This document shows, in pieces, positions 47,056-56,301 of a DNA stretch of 64,000 nucleotides. The translations under genes and the position numbers were made by a program. A model generated the notes under the pieces. That model was not told the DNA's origin, searched no databases, and worked only from the letters and a program-made list of their open reading frames with translations. This stretch comes from an uncultured Chloroflexia bacterium (lineage in GTDB: Bacteria > Chloroflexota > Limnocylindria > Limnocylindrales > CSP1-4): contig CAVVJX010000005.1 in the NCBI GenBank assembly GCA_963748675.1, forward strand, positions 260,440 through 324,439, written 5' to 3'. Position 1 is the stretch's first letter; the number at the start of each line of letters is the position of its first letter.

Positions 47056-47517
47056 TCAGGAGCCGGTGACGCGCCACACGTCGAACTCCGTTTCCCAGCA
47101 GACCGTCGGGCGGATGGCAGCCTGCACATCCATGTCCGGCCCACAGGTCAGGCCGATCGTCCGCCGTGATCTGTCGGCCAGATCGAAGATCACGAACTTG
47201 GGTTTCCAGAGGCCCGCCAGGATGACGGTCGCCTCGCTCGGATCCTTGCCTTGCTGGGTCGGATAGCCTGCGATCGCGGCACCCGTGATGGCGGCATCGG
47301 GATCCTTGGCGTTGAGGAGCGCGGTGGCCGTCTCGATGGCAACCGTGCACTCTTCGTCGGTTTCGGGCGCGCACGGACGTTCCTGCCGCACCCAGTAACC
47401 GTCGACCGCATGCGTGCCCTCATCCCACCAGCCGTCGGCATTGGGGCGCGCACAGGCCGCGACGATCACCAACGTCGCGAGGATCCCCAGGGATCGAGCG
47501 GCGGTTCCCTTGGTCAT
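47056..47517 (-). CDS. hypothetical lipoprotein
   Basis: Lipobox LVIVAACA. 153 aa, no recognisable family. Confidence 0.5.
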   Translation of the reverse strand: MTKGTAARSLGILATLVIVAACARPNADGWWDEGTHAVDGYWVRQERPCAPETDEECTVAIETATALLNAKDPDAAITGAAIAGYPTQQGKDPSEATVILAGLWKPKFVIFDLADRSRRTIGLTCGPDMDVQAAIRPTVCWETEFDVWRVTGS

Positions 47518-47526
47518 GTGCGGAGG

Positions 47527-48471
47527 TTACGCCCCGCGACCCGTGGCGGCTCCTGTCCGATGGTCCCAGCCGCCCGCCTGGCCGACCTTGGTGCTGAGCG
47601 GCTTGCCCAGTCTGTCTGCGATGAAGCGAGCGGCCTCCAGCACGCCGTCCAGAGAGACGCCGTGCTTCCACCCCGACGCGTCGAGGAAGTACACGAGATC
47701 CTCAGTCGCGAGGTTGCCCGCGGCGCCCGGGGCGTACGGGCAGCCGCCGGTGCCGCCCGTGGCGCTGTCGAAGGTCCGAACCCCGGTCGCCAGGCCCGCC
47801 GCCACGTTGGCCAGCGCCGTGCCGCGCGTGTCGTGGAAATGGAACGCCTGCCGGCTGACCCGGATACCCGCCCCCTGGGCGAGATTCACGAGCTCCCCGA
47901 CCTGGTTCGGCACACCCACGCCGATCGTGTCCCCGAAGCAGATCTCATCGACGCCGAGATCCAACAGCCGGCGTGCGACGTCGACGGCGGTCTGCGGCTT
48001 CACCCGACCCGTGTACGGGCACCCGAACGCGGTCGACACGTACGCGCGCCGCCACCACCCGAGCTCGCGGGCGCGGGCCAGCACGGGCGCGAACGCGGCC
48101 AGGGACTCGTCGACCGTCATGCCGATGTTGCGTGTCGTGAACGCATCGGTCGCCGCGGTGAAGACGGCGATCGCATCCACACCGGCGGCTTCGGCCCGGG
48201 CGAGGCCGCGCTCGTTCGGCACCAGGACCGGATAGCGGACACCCTCGCGGCGCGGGAGGGCGGCCAGCAGCTCGTCCGCATCGGCCAGCTGCGGGATCGC
48301 CGTCGGGGACACGAACGAAGTCGCCTCGATCTCTCGAAGGCCGGCATCGGCCAGAAGCTCGATGAAACGAAGCTTGTCCGCGGTCGAGATCGGCGTGGAC
48401 TCGTTCTGCAGGCCGTCGCGCGGCCCGACCTCGTAGATCCGGACGCGTCGGTCGTCGGGTCCGGCCGTCAT
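47527..48471 (-). CDS. hydroxymethylglutaryl-CoA lyase
   Basis: IYEVGPRDGLQNE...FVSP...FHFHDTRGTALANVAAGL...GGCPYAPGAAGN. Confidence 0.9.
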   Translation of the reverse strand: MTAGPDDRRVRIYEVGPRDGLQNESTPISTADKLRFIELLADAGLREIEATSFVSPTAIPQLADADELLAALPRREGVRYPVLVPNERGLARAEAAGVDAIAVFTAATDAFTTRNIGMTVDESLAAFAPVLARARELGWWRRAYVSTAFGCPYTGRVKPQTAVDVARRLLDLGVDEICFGDTIGVGVPNQVGELVNLAQGAGIRVSRQAFHFHDTRGTALANVAAGLATGVRTFDSATGGTGGCPYAPGAAGNLATEDLVYFLDASGWKHGVSLDGVLEAARFIADRLGKPLSTKVGQAGGWDHRTGAATGRGA

Positions 48472-48495
48472 CGCGCGGGGGTCATCGACGAGCGG

Positions 48496-48699
48496 TCAGC
48501 CGAGCGGCGGGTCCATCGCCCGCTCGATGCGGGCGATCTCGATCTCGATCTTGCCCAGCAGGTCGATCGCCTCGACGTGCTCCGGGCTGCCGTGCGCAGC
48601 CTTGTTCCGGCGCTTGCGCGTGTCGCGGTGGAGGTCGAGCAGCGCCTCGCGCGTCTTGGGCAGCTTCGTCTCGGTGGGTGTTGTCTTTGCTTTCGCCAT
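48496..48699 (-). CDS. small basic hypothetical protein
   Basis: 67-aa ORF between two leucine-catabolic genes on the same strand. Lys/Arg-rich. No family recognised. Confidence 0.35.
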   Translation of the reverse strand: MAKAKTTPTETKLPKTREALLDLHRDTRKRRNKAAHGSPEHVEAIDLLGKIEIEIARIERAMDPPLG

Positions 48700-48747
48700 G
48701 GGCGCAGCGTACCGCGTTCGCGATGCTCGAGGACCAGCGACATCGGC

Positions 48748-50688
48748 TCAGTCGGCGTCGTCAACGATGCCGAGCGTCTGCCCGCGGGTTACCTGATCGC
48801 CCTCGGCCACGACCAATTCGGTCAGGCGGCCGGCGCGCGGCGACTCGACGGCGTGCTCCATCTTCATCGCTTCGAGCGTGATGACCGGGTGGTCCGTGTT
48901 GACCGCTGCGCCGACCGCGACGTGGATCTTGAGGACCTGACCGGGCATCGGGGCGACCAGCTCCGTGCGGCCGCCGACGTGGGCCGCCGCCGCGCTCGCG
49001 GCGCGATCGACATCCGGTGGCGGGGCGATGCGGAACGGCGTGCTGCGACCGGCGAAGTCCAGGTGGACGGTGTCGCCGGCCCGCACGGTCTCCGCTCGCG
49101 TCCGCGCGCTTCCCGGCGAGAGGCGGACGGTCCTCGTCTCGTCGTCGCTGACGAGGCGGACGGTCGGGGCCGCGTTCAATCGGAAGCCATCCTGTGGCGG
49201 CGCCTGAGTCGTGGTGGCCGGGCGGGCGTCGTCGTCACGCAGGAGGGCGCGCGCGGCGGTCGACCATGCCGCGTCCGGGATCCGGGCGCGCTGCGTCCAG
49301 TCGTCCGGCGGCCAGATGCGGTCCAGCGTGTCGGTCCGGGCCTCCCCGTCGCGAACCACGGGCTCGCGGACGAGCCAGCGCAGGAACCGCAGGTTCGTGG
49401 TCAGGCCCAGCACGACGGTCTCATCGAGCGCCCGCGTCAACCGGTCCAGCGCATCTGCCCGGTCGTCACCGCGCGCGATGATCTTGGCGAGCATCGGATC
49501 GAAACGGCCACCGACTTCGTCGCCCTCGGTGACGCCGGCATCGACCCGGACGCCTTCCCCGGTCGGCCATCGAAGGCGCTCGATGCGCCCGGTCGCGGGC
49601 AGGAAGCCGTGCTCGGCATCCTCGGCGTAGAGGCGGACCTCGACCGCGTGGCCGTCCAGGTGGACGTCGGCCTGAGAGAAGCCGAGGGGTTCGCCCGCGG
49701 CGATGCGGAGCTGGTCGGCGACCAGGTCGCGGCCCGTGGTCAGCTCGGTGACCGGGTGCTCGACCTGGAGCCTCGTGTTCATCTCGAGGAACGTGAACTC
49801 GCCTCGGTCGTCCAGGAGGAACTCGCAGGTCCCGGCGCTCACGTAGCCGACGGCGCCCGCCAGCGCGAGGGCCGCTTCGCCCATCGCTCGGCGCAACGCC
49901 TCGTCGACGGCGGGGGAGGGCGCCTCCTCGAGCACCTTCTGGTGGCGCCGCTGGATCGAGCAGTCGCGCTCGCCGAGGTGGACGCCGTTGCCGTGGCGGT
50001 CGAACAGGACCTGGATCTCGACGTGGCGGGCACCCTCGAGGAGCCGCTCGAGGATCAGTCGGTCGTCGTTGAAGGCGGCCTGAGCCTCGCGTCGTGCGGC
50101 GGCAAGGTCGGTCGGGAGTCGGTCGGCGAAGCGGACCGTGCGCATGCCCTTGCCGCCGCCACCGGCGGCCGGCTTGACCAGCAACGGGTAGCCGATCCGC
50201 TCGGCCGCCTTGATGAGCGCCGCGTCCGACTGGTCGTCATCGTCGTAGCCGGCGGGGACGGTGATGCCGAGGCTCGCCGCGAGCTTGCGGCTGGCCGCCT
50301 TGTCGCCCATGGCCCGGATGGCTTCCGGTGGCGGGCCGACCCAGCGGATCCCGGCCTCGATCACGCGCTCGGCGAAGTCGGCGTTCTCGGCGAGGAAGCC
50401 GAAGCCAGGGTGGAGCGCGTCGGCGCCTGCTCGCCGTGCGGCGACGACGACCGCCTCGGCGTTGAGAAGGTCGACCGCATCCGAACCGTCCGTGCGCGGG
50501 ACGACCGCCTCGATCCCGAGCGTTTCGCAGGTGCGGGTGATCCGTGTCGCGATCTCGCCGCGGTTGGCGATGAAGAGGACCTTGACCGGAGCGTCCGGGC
50601 CGGGTCGGGCGACCTCAGTCTCGGGTTCGAACGCGCCAATCGCGTCAAACGCGACACGCCAGCGACCTCCGACACGCCTGGCAGGCAT
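48748..50688 (-). CDS. biotin carboxylase plus biotin carboxyl carrier subunit of an acyl-CoA carboxylase (methylcrotonyl-CoA carboxylase alpha-like)
   Basis: KVLFIANRGEIATRI, ATP-grasp motifs, and a C-terminal biotinylation motif EAMKMEH. The only in-frame start upstream of the catalytic domain is the ATG at 50688 (MPARRVGGRWRV...), which lies inside an HTH remnant. Confidence 0.85.
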   Translation of the reverse strand: MPARRVGGRWRVAFDAIGAFEPETEVARPGPDAPVKVLFIANRGEIATRITRTCETLGIEAVVPRTDGSDAVDLLNAEAVVVAARRAGADALHPGFGFLAENADFAERVIEAGIRWVGPPPEAIRAMGDKAASRKLAASLGITVPAGYDDDDQSDAALIKAAERIGYPLLVKPAAGGGGKGMRTVRFADRLPTDLAAARREAQAAFNDDRLILERLLEGARHVEIQVLFDRHGNGVHLGERDCSIQRRHQKVLEEAPSPAVDEALRRAMGEAALALAGAVGYVSAGTCEFLLDDRGEFTFLEMNTRLQVEHPVTELTTGRDLVADQLRIAAGEPLGFSQADVHLDGHAVEVRLYAEDAEHGFLPATGRIERLRWPTGEGVRVDAGVTEGDEVGGRFDPMLAKIIARGDDRADALDRLTRALDETVVLGLTTNLRFLRWLVREPVVRDGEARTDTLDRIWPPDDWTQRARIPDAAWSTAARALLRDDDARPATTTQAPPQDGFRLNAAPTVRLVSDDETRTVRLSPGSARTRAETVRAGDTVHLDFAGRSTPFRIAPPPDVDRAASAAAAHVGGRTELVAPMPGQVLKIHVAVGAAVNTDHPVITLEAMKMEHAVESPRAGRLTELVVAEGDQVTRGQTLGIVDDAD

Positions 50689-50776
50689 CGCTCCACTGCG
50701 CGATCCAGCGCTGAACCGTCCGCGTCGATGTCCCAAGCCGCCGCGCGACCTCGCTCGGGCTCAGTTCGTCGCTCAT
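50645..50776 (-). pseudogene. N-terminal half of an excisionase-type (HTH_17-like) DNA-binding domain, out of frame by one nucleotide with the carboxylase ORF
   Basis: MSDELSPSEVARRLGTSTRTVQRWIA in one frame. The expected continuation RSGAMPARRVGGRWRVAFDAI is in the carboxylase frame. Confidence 0.5.
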
Positions 50777-51145
50777 CGTGTCGCGATTGTCGCACTGGCG
50801 ACGACGTGGAGCAAGCCACGATTGACTGGCCACGGGCGCCCCGGCCGTTGACTTGCGGGCACCTGCGAATGACACTGCGCGGACGTATCTGAGGCGAACT
50901 CGATGAGCCACCACACAAGATGGTCGGCGTCCTGATCATCGGCCTGCTGCACCTGATGTCAGGCCTCGCTGGTATCGCCGTCGGCGGTGCGTCCGCCCAG
51001 GCGGGATGGTGGCTGGTGGTCGTGGGGCTCGTGCTTGCGGGCTTGGCATGGCGCGACCTGCACACGAGTCAGGGCGCCTCGGACTGACGCTTCGCACGGC
51101 CGATGACATGGCCGCGAGTCTGAATCGATAGGGGAGAGACGGTTC

Positions 51146-51820
51146 ATGGCTGCTGATTCCAACCGCCGCATCGTGGACCTGAGCCACGAGATCGTCGACG
51201 GGATGACGACCCATCCGGGGATCCCGGCGCCATCGATCTCGACGTTCCTGACGCACGAAGCGTCCACCGCCCGGTACGCCCCCGGCACGACGTTCGAGAT
51301 CGGTCGGATCGATCTCGTGGCGAACACCGGGACGTATATCGACACGCCGGCCCATCGATTTCCCGATGGGCAGGATCTCGCGGGCCTGGAGCTGGAGCGC
51401 GTCGTCGACGTCGAGGGCGTTCTGATCGACTGCCGTGGCGCGACCGAGCGAGCCATCGGTCCCGAGGCTTTCGACGGTGTCGATGTCCGCGGGCGAGCCG
51501 TCCTCGTGGCGACGGGCTGGGACGAGCACTGGGGGACGCCTGCCTACCTCAGCGACAACCCGTTCCTGACCGGCGCGGCCGCCGACTGGCTCGTGGGGGC
51601 GGGGGCGGCGCTCATCGGGATCGACTCGCTCAACGTCGACTCGCTCACCGATCCGGCCCGCCCGGCGCACACCGCGATCCTCCGCGCCGGCATCCCCCTC
51701 GTGGAGCACCTGACCGGTCTGGGTGAGCTGCCAGCCTCGGGCTGGCGCTTCTTCGCCGTGCCTCCGCGGATCCGCGGGATGGCGACGTTCCCGGTGCGTG
51801 CATTCGCGATCGTCGGCTAA
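51146..51820 (+). CDS. cyclase-family protein (kynurenine formamidase-like)
   Basis: VDLSHEI...GTYIDTPAHRF...GIDSLNVD...HTAILRAGIPLVEHL. Confidence 0.8.
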   Translation: MAADSNRRIVDLSHEIVDGMTTHPGIPAPSISTFLTHEASTARYAPGTTFEIGRIDLVANTGTYIDTPAHRFPDGQDLAGLELERVVDVEGVLIDCRGATERAIGPEAFDGVDVRGRAVLVATGWDEHWGTPAYLSDNPFLTGAAADWLVGAGAALIGIDSLNVDSLTDPARPAHTAILRAGIPLVEHLTGLGELPASGWRFFAVPPRIRGMATFPVRAFAIVG

Positions 51821-51828
51821 GGGCCGCC

Positions 51829-52638
51829 CTACTCTCCCGAGTCCGGTGCCCAGCCGGGCCTGCGTTTCTCGTCGAACGCCGCGAACCCCTCGCGCGCCTC
51901 CGCACTCACGCGCTGGCGGGCGATGACCCGCGCGGTGTGCCACTTGCTCGAGCCGTGCCCCAAACCGCGCACCTCGCGGACGATCGCCTTGGCCGCTCGG
52001 GCGGCGGTCGGTCCGGCGGCCAGCACATCGGCGACGGCGGCTTCAACGGCCGCATCGAGCGCGGCCTCGCCCTCAACGACCTCGTGGACCAGCCCGATCC
52101 GCTGGGCCCGCACCGCGTCGAACCGGCGGCCGCCCGGGAAGAGCGCGCGGGCGTGCGTCTCCCCGATCTTTGCGATCACGAACGGCGCGATGACCGCCGG
52201 CAGGATCCCAAGGCGCGTCTCGGTGAACCCGAACCGGGCACCACTCTCGGCCACGACGAGATCGCCGACCGCGCACAGGCCCATCCCGCCACCGAGCGCG
52301 GCACCCTGCACGCGGACGATGAGTGGCACCGGCAAGGTGTCGATGGTCTCGAACATGTCGGCCATCGCCATCGCGTCCTGCTCGTTGCCCTCGACGTCGA
52401 GGGCGATCGCGGCCCGCATCCAGGCGATGTCGGCGCCGGCGCAGAACGAGGGACCGTCGCCGGCGAGGATCACAGCGCGGAGGCTCGCGGGTTCCTCACG
52501 GGCCAGTGACGCGAAGGTCGTACGCAGCTCGGCGATGACGGACGCATCGAAGGCGTTGTGCAGCTCCGGGCGTGCGAGCGTGACTCGGGCGACGGCGTCA
52601 CCGGGACCGCTGCGCTCGAGCCGGATGGCGGGACTCAC
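51829..52638 (-). CDS. enoyl-CoA hydratase/isomerase family (methylglutaconyl-CoA hydratase-like by context)
   Basis: LARPELHNAFD...ILAGDGPSFCAGADI...VQGAALGGGMGL...FGFTETRLGILP. GTG start at 52638. Confidence 0.85.
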   Translation of the reverse strand: MSPAIRLERSGPGDAVARVTLARPELHNAFDASVIAELRTTFASLAREEPASLRAVILAGDGPSFCAGADIAWMRAAIALDVEGNEQDAMAMADMFETIDTLPVPLIVRVQGAALGGGMGLCAVGDLVVAESGARFGFTETRLGILPAVIAPFVIAKIGETHARALFPGGRRFDAVRAQRIGLVHEVVEGEAALDAAVEAAVADVLAAGPTAARAAKAIVREVRGLGHGSSKWHTARVIARQRVSAEAREGFAAFDEKRRPGWAPDSGE

Positions 52639-52721
52639 GGCGTCATCGTACCGGCGCGCGGAGGCACCGGCGGACCCTGCGCCGACTTCCGAACACAGCC
52701 AGACAGGTCTACCCTGCCGCC

Positions 52722-53153
52722 ATGGGCCCATCGAATCCGTGGTCGCCGAACTGGCAGCCGGACCCGACCGGGGGTCGGCTGTTGACGATCCGCGCCGCTC
52801 GCCGCGGCGCGTTCCTGGCGGCCGCGATCTACCTGCCGATCGCAACCGTGGCGGCCGCCCTCGCCGCACCCCGTTCCAGGGGATGCCAGCGCAGCTCGAC
52901 GTCGCCGATCGCGATGCTCGCCGTCCTGTCGGGCGTCGCCGGCAGTCGCGCTGCTCGGAGCCGGCCTCGCCCCGGCGGCACTCGGGTCGAGGATCGACGC
53001 CGTCGTCGTCGGAATCGCGATCGCGATCGGGGCGCCGGTGGCCGCCACCGCGTCGTTCGTCATCTGGGGCTGGGTGATCGATTCCTGGCTCCGGCGCAGG
53101 TCGATGTCGCGGCCCCGTTCCTGCGGGCCGGCGTGCTGGCGGCGCGCAGGTAG
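52722..53153 (+). CDS. possible small membrane protein; the reading frame looks broken
   Basis: Hydrophobic stretches appear in three different frames across 52.7-53.2 kb (AFLAAAIYLPIATVAAALAA; VVVGIAIAIGAPVAATASFVIWGWVI; APLVALGATAWVVIL). Confidence 0.25.
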   Translation: MGPSNPWSPNWQPDPTGGRLLTIRAARRGAFLAAAIYLPIATVAAALAAPRSRGCQRSSTSPIAMLAVLSGVAGSRAARSRPRPGGTRVEDRRRRRRNRDRDRGAGGRHRVVRHLGLGDRFLAPAQVDVAAPFLRAGVLAARR

Positions 53154-53204
53154 CGCCACTCGTCGCGCTCGGCGCCACGGCCTGGGTCGTGATCCTGCGC
53201 CGGG

Positions 53205-54014
53205 TCAGCGCGCCGCTGCCACTCCCGCCACCGTCGACTCAGCCGCCGGCCACTCCAGGACTCTGACCTCGTCCCCGAGGCGCATCCGGCCGGGCTGCTC
53301 GACATCGGCCAGCACCCCGAAGTCCGCGTGCTTACCTTCGCGCAACCCGCGGTAGTCGATGATCATGCGCAGCGTGTCGAGGTCACGCTCGCCCGTATCC
53401 GGGTCCTGCGTCGTGATCGCGCAGCGCGCGACGGGCTTCGTCACGCGCAGCACCGCGTCGCCGATGGCGATCCGGCCGCCGATCCAGGTGTCCTCCTCGT
53501 GCGCCCGGGCGCCTTCGAGGTCGATGAGCATCCGGAATCGACGCGGGTCGACTTCGTCCAAGCCGGCGTTCGCGGCCAGCTCCCGGAGTGATCCGTCCGA
53601 GACGATGGTGGTCGGATTGCCGGCGCGGGTGCCCCCTGGTCGATCGCAGCGCACGACGATGATCGGCCGGCCGGCGATGGGCGCCAGGGCTTCCCCCCAC
53701 GGCCCGATGACGACGTGCCCGACCCCCGTCCGTCCGTGGATATGGGTCTCGACGGGCTCGCCGAGCTTCACTTCGTCCTCGACGACGCTCCCGTCCGGGA
53801 AGGTCATCCGCAGGGTCGTCGCGTCGGGATCGGTGTGGGCCGAGACCACGACCAGCCGTCCGACGACGATTCGGTCGACCAAACGGTTCGTGTCGTCCGT
53901 CAAGTAGAAGCGGCGATCCTCGACGACCCCGAGCTCGGTCACATCGATCTCGGTCGGGTGTTCCAGCCCGAGGCTGCGGACGGGCGCGATCGAGAACCGG
54001 GCGATGGTGGGCAT
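53205..54014 (-). CDS. MOSC domain-containing protein
   Basis: N-terminal beta-barrel (IAPVRSLGLEH...EDRRFYL) and MOSC core (RFRMLIDLEG...EDTWIGGRIAIGDAVLRVTKPVARCAITT). Confidence 0.8.
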   Translation of the reverse strand: MPTIARFSIAPVRSLGLEHPTEIDVTELGVVEDRRFYLTDDTNRLVDRIVVGRLVVVSAHTDPDATTLRMTFPDGSVVEDEVKLGEPVETHIHGRTGVGHVVIGPWGEALAPIAGRPIIVVRCDRPGGTRAGNPTTIVSDGSLRELAANAGLDEVDPRRFRMLIDLEGARAHEEDTWIGGRIAIGDAVLRVTKPVARCAITTQDPDTGERDLDTLRMIIDYRGLREGKHADFGVLADVEQPGRMRLGDEVRVLEWPAAESTVAGVAAAR

Positions 54015-54124
54015 GCGCGGATGCTACCGGACGCCGCCGTTCGCGGCCGACAACGTCGCAAACGGATCGAACCTACACTCCGGCTTCCCGTTCCGAACTC
54101 GTGCCAAGGGAGTCACGGCCACGC

Positions 54125-55663
54125 ATGTCCGACCGCGCTGAACGCCGCCTGTCTCCGGTGTCGCAGTACCCGGTGCATCCGTTCCTGTTCGCGGCGTACG
54201 CGGTCCTGTTCCTCTACTCGGAGAACCTCGCCGCCGTGCTCCTCGTGGACGTGGGCGACCCGCTCGCGGTGGCCATCGTCCAGGCCATCGTGTTCTATGC
54301 CGTCGCGACGATCCTCCTGCGCAGCGCTCGCCGCGGGGCCGTGGTCGCGTCCGCGATCCTCATCACGTGGTATGGCTTCGGCCATGCCGCGCCCGGGCTC
54401 GCTGCGGCCGGGGTGGATGAGCGCAAGCAGCTCGCCCTGTGGCTGTTCGGCGTCGCCGGCGCCGTAACCTATGCCGTGTTCGCACGCCGTTCCCTTCCGA
54501 CGGTCACGGCGCTCCTGAACATCTTCGCGGCGGTTCTCGTGACATTCACCCTCGTCTCCATCGTTCCCTACGAGATCTCTCGTGGAGCACGACCCGAGGC
54601 GCCGGTCGAGGCCGGGCTCACGGGAGCGAGCGGTCCCCTCCCGACACGGGACGTCTACTACCTCGTCTTCGACCGCTACGGGTCCGCGAAGTCGCTCGAA
54701 ACGGCGTTCGGGATCACGGACAACGACCTGTACGGCTGGCTGGAGACGCGCGGCTTCCAGGTCGTGGCGGACAGCCACACGAACTACCGCGCGACGGACT
54801 TCTCGCTCGCGGCCACGCTCAACATGACGTACCTGGACCACCTGACCGAGACGATCGGCCGGGTATCGGACGACCGGACGCCCGCCCAGTCGATGCTGCA
54901 GGGCCACCGGGTCGGGAAGGAGTTCCAGGCGCTGGGGTACCGCTACTACCACCTGGGCTCGTGGTTCGGACCCACCGCGACCAACCCCGAGGCGGACGAG
55001 AACATCACGTCCGGGGTGACCAGCGAGTTCGAGTCCGTGCTGCGCGACACCACGGTGCTCCCCGCGATCGAGCGGGCCCGCGGTGACGTGGCCGCGACGA
55101 GGACGTTCTACGAGCGCCACGGCGACCTCGCGCTCTTCCAGTTGCGCCAGGTCACGCGCCTCGCGTCCGCTCCCGGACCCAAGTTCGTCTTCGCGCACAT
55201 CCTCATGCCGCACGATCCGTACGTCTTCCGCGCGGACGGCACGCGATACACGGAGGAGGAGGTCGTCGACATGGAGGAGGCGGGCCTCTATGCCGGGCAG
55301 TTGCGGTTCGTGAACCGGCGGATCAAGGAGCTGGTCGAGACGCTCACGGCCGGGGGCGACGACACCGATCCCATCATCATCATCCAGGGTGACGAGGGGC
55401 CGCTGGCGTGTCGCAGCGTGGACTGCGTCGGGGACGATCCGCGGTACTTCAACATCCGCTTCGGGAACATGAATGCGATGTACCTGCCAGGCTCCGACGC
55501 CGTCGTGCCGCAGGACATCACGTCGGTGAACACCTTCCGGTTCCTGTTCGGGTCCGTGTTCGGACAGGACGTCGACCTCCTGCCGAACCGCAGCTACACG
55601 TGGCCGGACAACGACCACATCTACGACTTCCGCGACGTCACCGACGAGATCCCGCCCGGCTAG
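54125..55663 (+). CDS. membrane protein with sulfatase/alkaline-phosphatase-like extracytoplasmic domain
   Basis: Five N-terminal TM helices, then DVYYLVFDRYG...FAHILMPHDPYVF...IIIQGDEGP. Confidence 0.6.
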   Translation: MSDRAERRLSPVSQYPVHPFLFAAYAVLFLYSENLAAVLLVDVGDPLAVAIVQAIVFYAVATILLRSARRGAVVASAILITWYGFGHAAPGLAAAGVDERKQLALWLFGVAGAVTYAVFARRSLPTVTALLNIFAAVLVTFTLVSIVPYEISRGARPEAPVEAGLTGASGPLPTRDVYYLVFDRYGSAKSLETAFGITDNDLYGWLETRGFQVVADSHTNYRATDFSLAATLNMTYLDHLTETIGRVSDDRTPAQSMLQGHRVGKEFQALGYRYYHLGSWFGPTATNPEADENITSGVTSEFESVLRDTTVLPAIERARGDVAATRTFYERHGDLALFQLRQVTRLASAPGPKFVFAHILMPHDPYVFRADGTRYTEEEVVDMEEAGLYAGQLRFVNRRIKELVETLTAGGDDTDPIIIIQGDEGPLACRSVDCVGDDPRYFNIRFGNMNAMYLPGSDAVVPQDITSVNTFRFLFGSVFGQDVDLLPNRSYTWPDNDHIYDFRDVTDEIPPG

Positions 55664-55672
55664 GGCCCCCGG

Positions 55673-56281
55673 TCAGCGCAGGCCGACGCTCGCCAGCTCG
55701 GCTCTGGCCAGGTCCTCGTACCTGCCGGCCGCGAAGTCGCCGAACGGATCGGACGTGTGTTCGAGCAGCTCCGGATACGTCAGGCGGTACAGGGCTCGCG
55801 TCGCCAGCGCCCGTTCCATCGCGACTTCGGGCATGTCCCCGCGCCGGATGACCTTATGCGCCGCCCGGACGTTCGCCAGGCGCGCCGCCCGCCACGGGAG
55901 GTAGCGGGCCAGCCACGGGACCACCATCACGGCGACGACGAGGAGGGCCAGGAGCCGCGCGATCAGGATCAGCAACGTTTCGAGCTCCTGGCCGACGTAG
56001 ATGAACGGTTCGCTGACCGACCCGAAGGCGCCGGTCGTGAGGTCCCCGATCCCCGGGCCGACCAGCGGGACATCGTCGAGCGCGCCGCCCAGTGCGGCGC
56101 CCGCGCCCTGGATGTTGTTGCCACCGGCCTGGAGGACGCGGCCGGCTTCGGCGAACGACGAGATGACCTCGTGGACCTTCGCGCCGAGGACGACCCAGAA
56201 CGACACCCAGATCCACGTCGCCACGTCCGCGACCATCTCGCGAGCCCGAGCCGACGGGACCTCGCTCCATAACTTCAGCAT
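55673..56281 (-). CDS. hypothetical membrane protein
   Basis: ATG at 56281 follows AGGAGG. It has two TM helices. Confidence 0.55.
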   Translation of the reverse strand: MLKLWSEVPSARAREMVADVATWIWVSFWVVLGAKVHEVISSFAEAGRVLQAGGNNIQGAGAALGGALDDVPLVGPGIGDLTTGAFGSVSEPFIYVGQELETLLILIARLLALLVVAVMVVPWLARYLPWRAARLANVRAAHKVIRRGDMPEVAMERALATRALYRLTYPELLEHTSDPFGDFAAGRYEDLARAELASVGLR

Positions 56282-56301
56282 CGTGGCCTCCTGGCGTTGA
56301 G

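Noticed and set aside
47251-50892. 1213-aa ORF on the + strand
   Set aside because: It is antisense to the well-supported HMG-CoA lyase and carboxylase genes. Its translation is Arg/Gly/Asp-rich low-complexity sequence with no motifs. This is a typical shadow ORF in GC-rich DNA, where stop codons are rare.
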